Below are positions 62,511 to 64,000 of a stretch of DNA of 64,000 bases, one piece after another (the first letter of the stretch is position 1; each line of letters starts with the position of its first letter). Below the pieces are notes generated by a model that was given only the letters and a program-made list of their open reading frames with translations, was not told the DNA's origin and made no database searches. This DNA is from Podarcis melisellensis (Eukaryota). The stretch is taken from assembly GCA_964234715.1 (NCBI GenBank), contig OZ174279.1, one strand, 5' to 3'. The position numbers were made by a program, and so were the translations under genes.

Positions 62511-63513
62511 TGGAGGCACTTAATGAGCTTTGTTGCTGGGTAAGCTGTGGCAGGTTACAAGGGAAAAGGTATTTTCTGTGTCGATACAGAATTGCTCTTC
62601 CCATATGTTTACCTGGTGCCTACCACAGTTATTTTGGCACTTTTTTTCATTTTCTCATGCCTTTTGATTTATTTTAACTTCAAATCTGATTTTTGTATTT
62701 ATTTGTGGTTTTATGCTGTTTTTAAACCCCATACCCAGACTGTCTTGCTATTGCCCGATCTTCTGAGTTTCCCTGACAATTTGCTGTGGGGTCTGATGCA
62801 AATTTCCAAGCAAATAAATAAAACAATTAGAACTCAATCTGAATCCATGGGCATTTAGATTTCAGACATGAAGTGGAAGTTAATACCCGTCCAAGACATT
62901 TTTGCAAAACATCAGCATTTTTAAGTGGGAATTCTTCCTCATACTTTCAGTGGACATATTTTTTTGCCATTTTGGACCAGAGTAGGAGGTAAAGCACAGA
63001 GACTGCAAACCGACCCTCTAGTCTCTTTTCCTGATTGTTAAAAACGAGATTCTTAGGTGATGGCAATCTCTGTGTGTTTTTGTTTAAAGTGGGTCACATG
63101 CCCAGGAATGCAGTCAAATTATAATGGTGACAAAGTGCCGGAAAAGGGAGGGAGATTGGGGAGGGGGGGAGAGAGAGAGCCCCAGGCGATGGAAAGAGAG
63201 CTGGGAATACTAGAGTCTGGCTAGGCCTCAGGGCCAGGTTAGAGATTCTCCCATGCATTAACAGCTATAAGAGATGTTTGTTTAAAGGGATATTTTTCTC
63301 TCCTTAGGGGTGCTTTGTCATTTTTTAAACAATACAGGTCATCAAGAACAGAGAGGGATGGTCAAGAAGAATAGCTGCACTCCTTGGTGCACTTGCTCTT
63401 GTTTCTTCAGCTATGTATCTTATCAAACTTCATGTTTAATAGTTTCAAACATTACATTGATAGATAAATTCTACATGTGTTATTTTTTTAAGTAATTGTT
63501 AACTCAGTTAGGG

Positions 63514-63863
63514 AAAGGTAAAGGGACCCCTGACCATTAGGTCCAGTCGTGACCGACTCTGGGGTTGCGGCGCTCATCTTGCTTTATTGGCCGAGGGAGC
63601 TGGCGTACAGATTCTGGGTCATGTGGCCAGCATGACTAAGCCGCTTCTGGCGAACCAAAGCAGCGCACAGAAACACCGTCTACCTTCCCGCCAGAGCGGT
63701 ACCTATTTATCTACTTGCACTTTGATGTGCTTTCGAACTGCTAGGTTGGCAGGAGCAGGGACCAAGCAACGGGAGCTCACCCCATCATGGCGATTCGAAC
63801 TGCCGACCTTCTGATTGGCAAGTCCTAAGCTCTGTGGTTTAACCCACAGTGCCACCCGTGTCC
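63514..63863 (-). mobile_element. Sauria SINE, near full length
   Basis: Minus-strand tRNA-like head ggacacgggtggcactgtgggttaaaccacagagc...gcagttcgaatc; diagnostic gtcatgtggccagcatgac and acctatttatctacttgcac; (ACCTTT)n tail; degenerate TSD taattgttaactcagt / tatttgttaacaaagt. Confidence 0.92.
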
Positions 63864-64000
63864 TATTTGTTAACAAAGTATCAATAAGTAAATAAATAAA
63901 GCCACAATCCTAAACATACATCCTTGGGAGCAGGGATGCCCACATTGAATAAAATGTATTGGAGGGGGCAGGTAAACCCCACCCAACATAATCACATGAC

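Noticed and set aside
53848-64000. Search for FBXW4 exon 2
   Set aside because: No segment encoding the expected post-F-box sequence was found; it probably lies beyond the window.

Overview
Vertebrate (squamate, most likely lacertid lizard, judged from Sauria SINE, tRNA-derived SINEs, CR1/L2/RTE LINEs and MITEs) genomic DNA. It is not prokaryotic, and almost all ORFs in the supplied track are spurious. The window holds the last two coding exons and 3' UTR of FGF8 (+; 5964-6070 and 10376-10663), about 42 kb of intergenic DNA, and the CpG-island promoter, first coding exon (F-box; 53624-53847) and start of intron 1 of FBXW4/dactylin (+). This is the conserved FGF8-FBXW4 (SHFM3/Dactylaplasia) neighbourhood, known in other vertebrates to carry Fgf8 enhancers. 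Between transposon remnants lie repeat-free blocks with dense developmental TF motifs (a TCF palindrome overlapping an RBPJ site, RBPJ next to T-box, Pbx/Hox, Pax, Six) and one CTCF motif; these are candidate enhancers supported by motifs only. The most unusual observations are: (i) a ~180-bp GC-rich, coding-like orphan fragment inserted into a CR1 without poly-A or clear TSD; (ii) a Tigger/pogo-like MITE family carrying an NRF1+CRE+ETS promoter-like cassette, with reproducibly asymmetric TIRs; (iii) nested hAT MITE stacks with exact 8-bp TSDs; (iv) a two-step microhomology template-switch duplication. No CRISPR, rRNA or genuine tRNA gene was found, and no new biological system can be claimed from sequence alone. 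Repeat family names and many repeat boundaries come from pattern recognition, not a database search.
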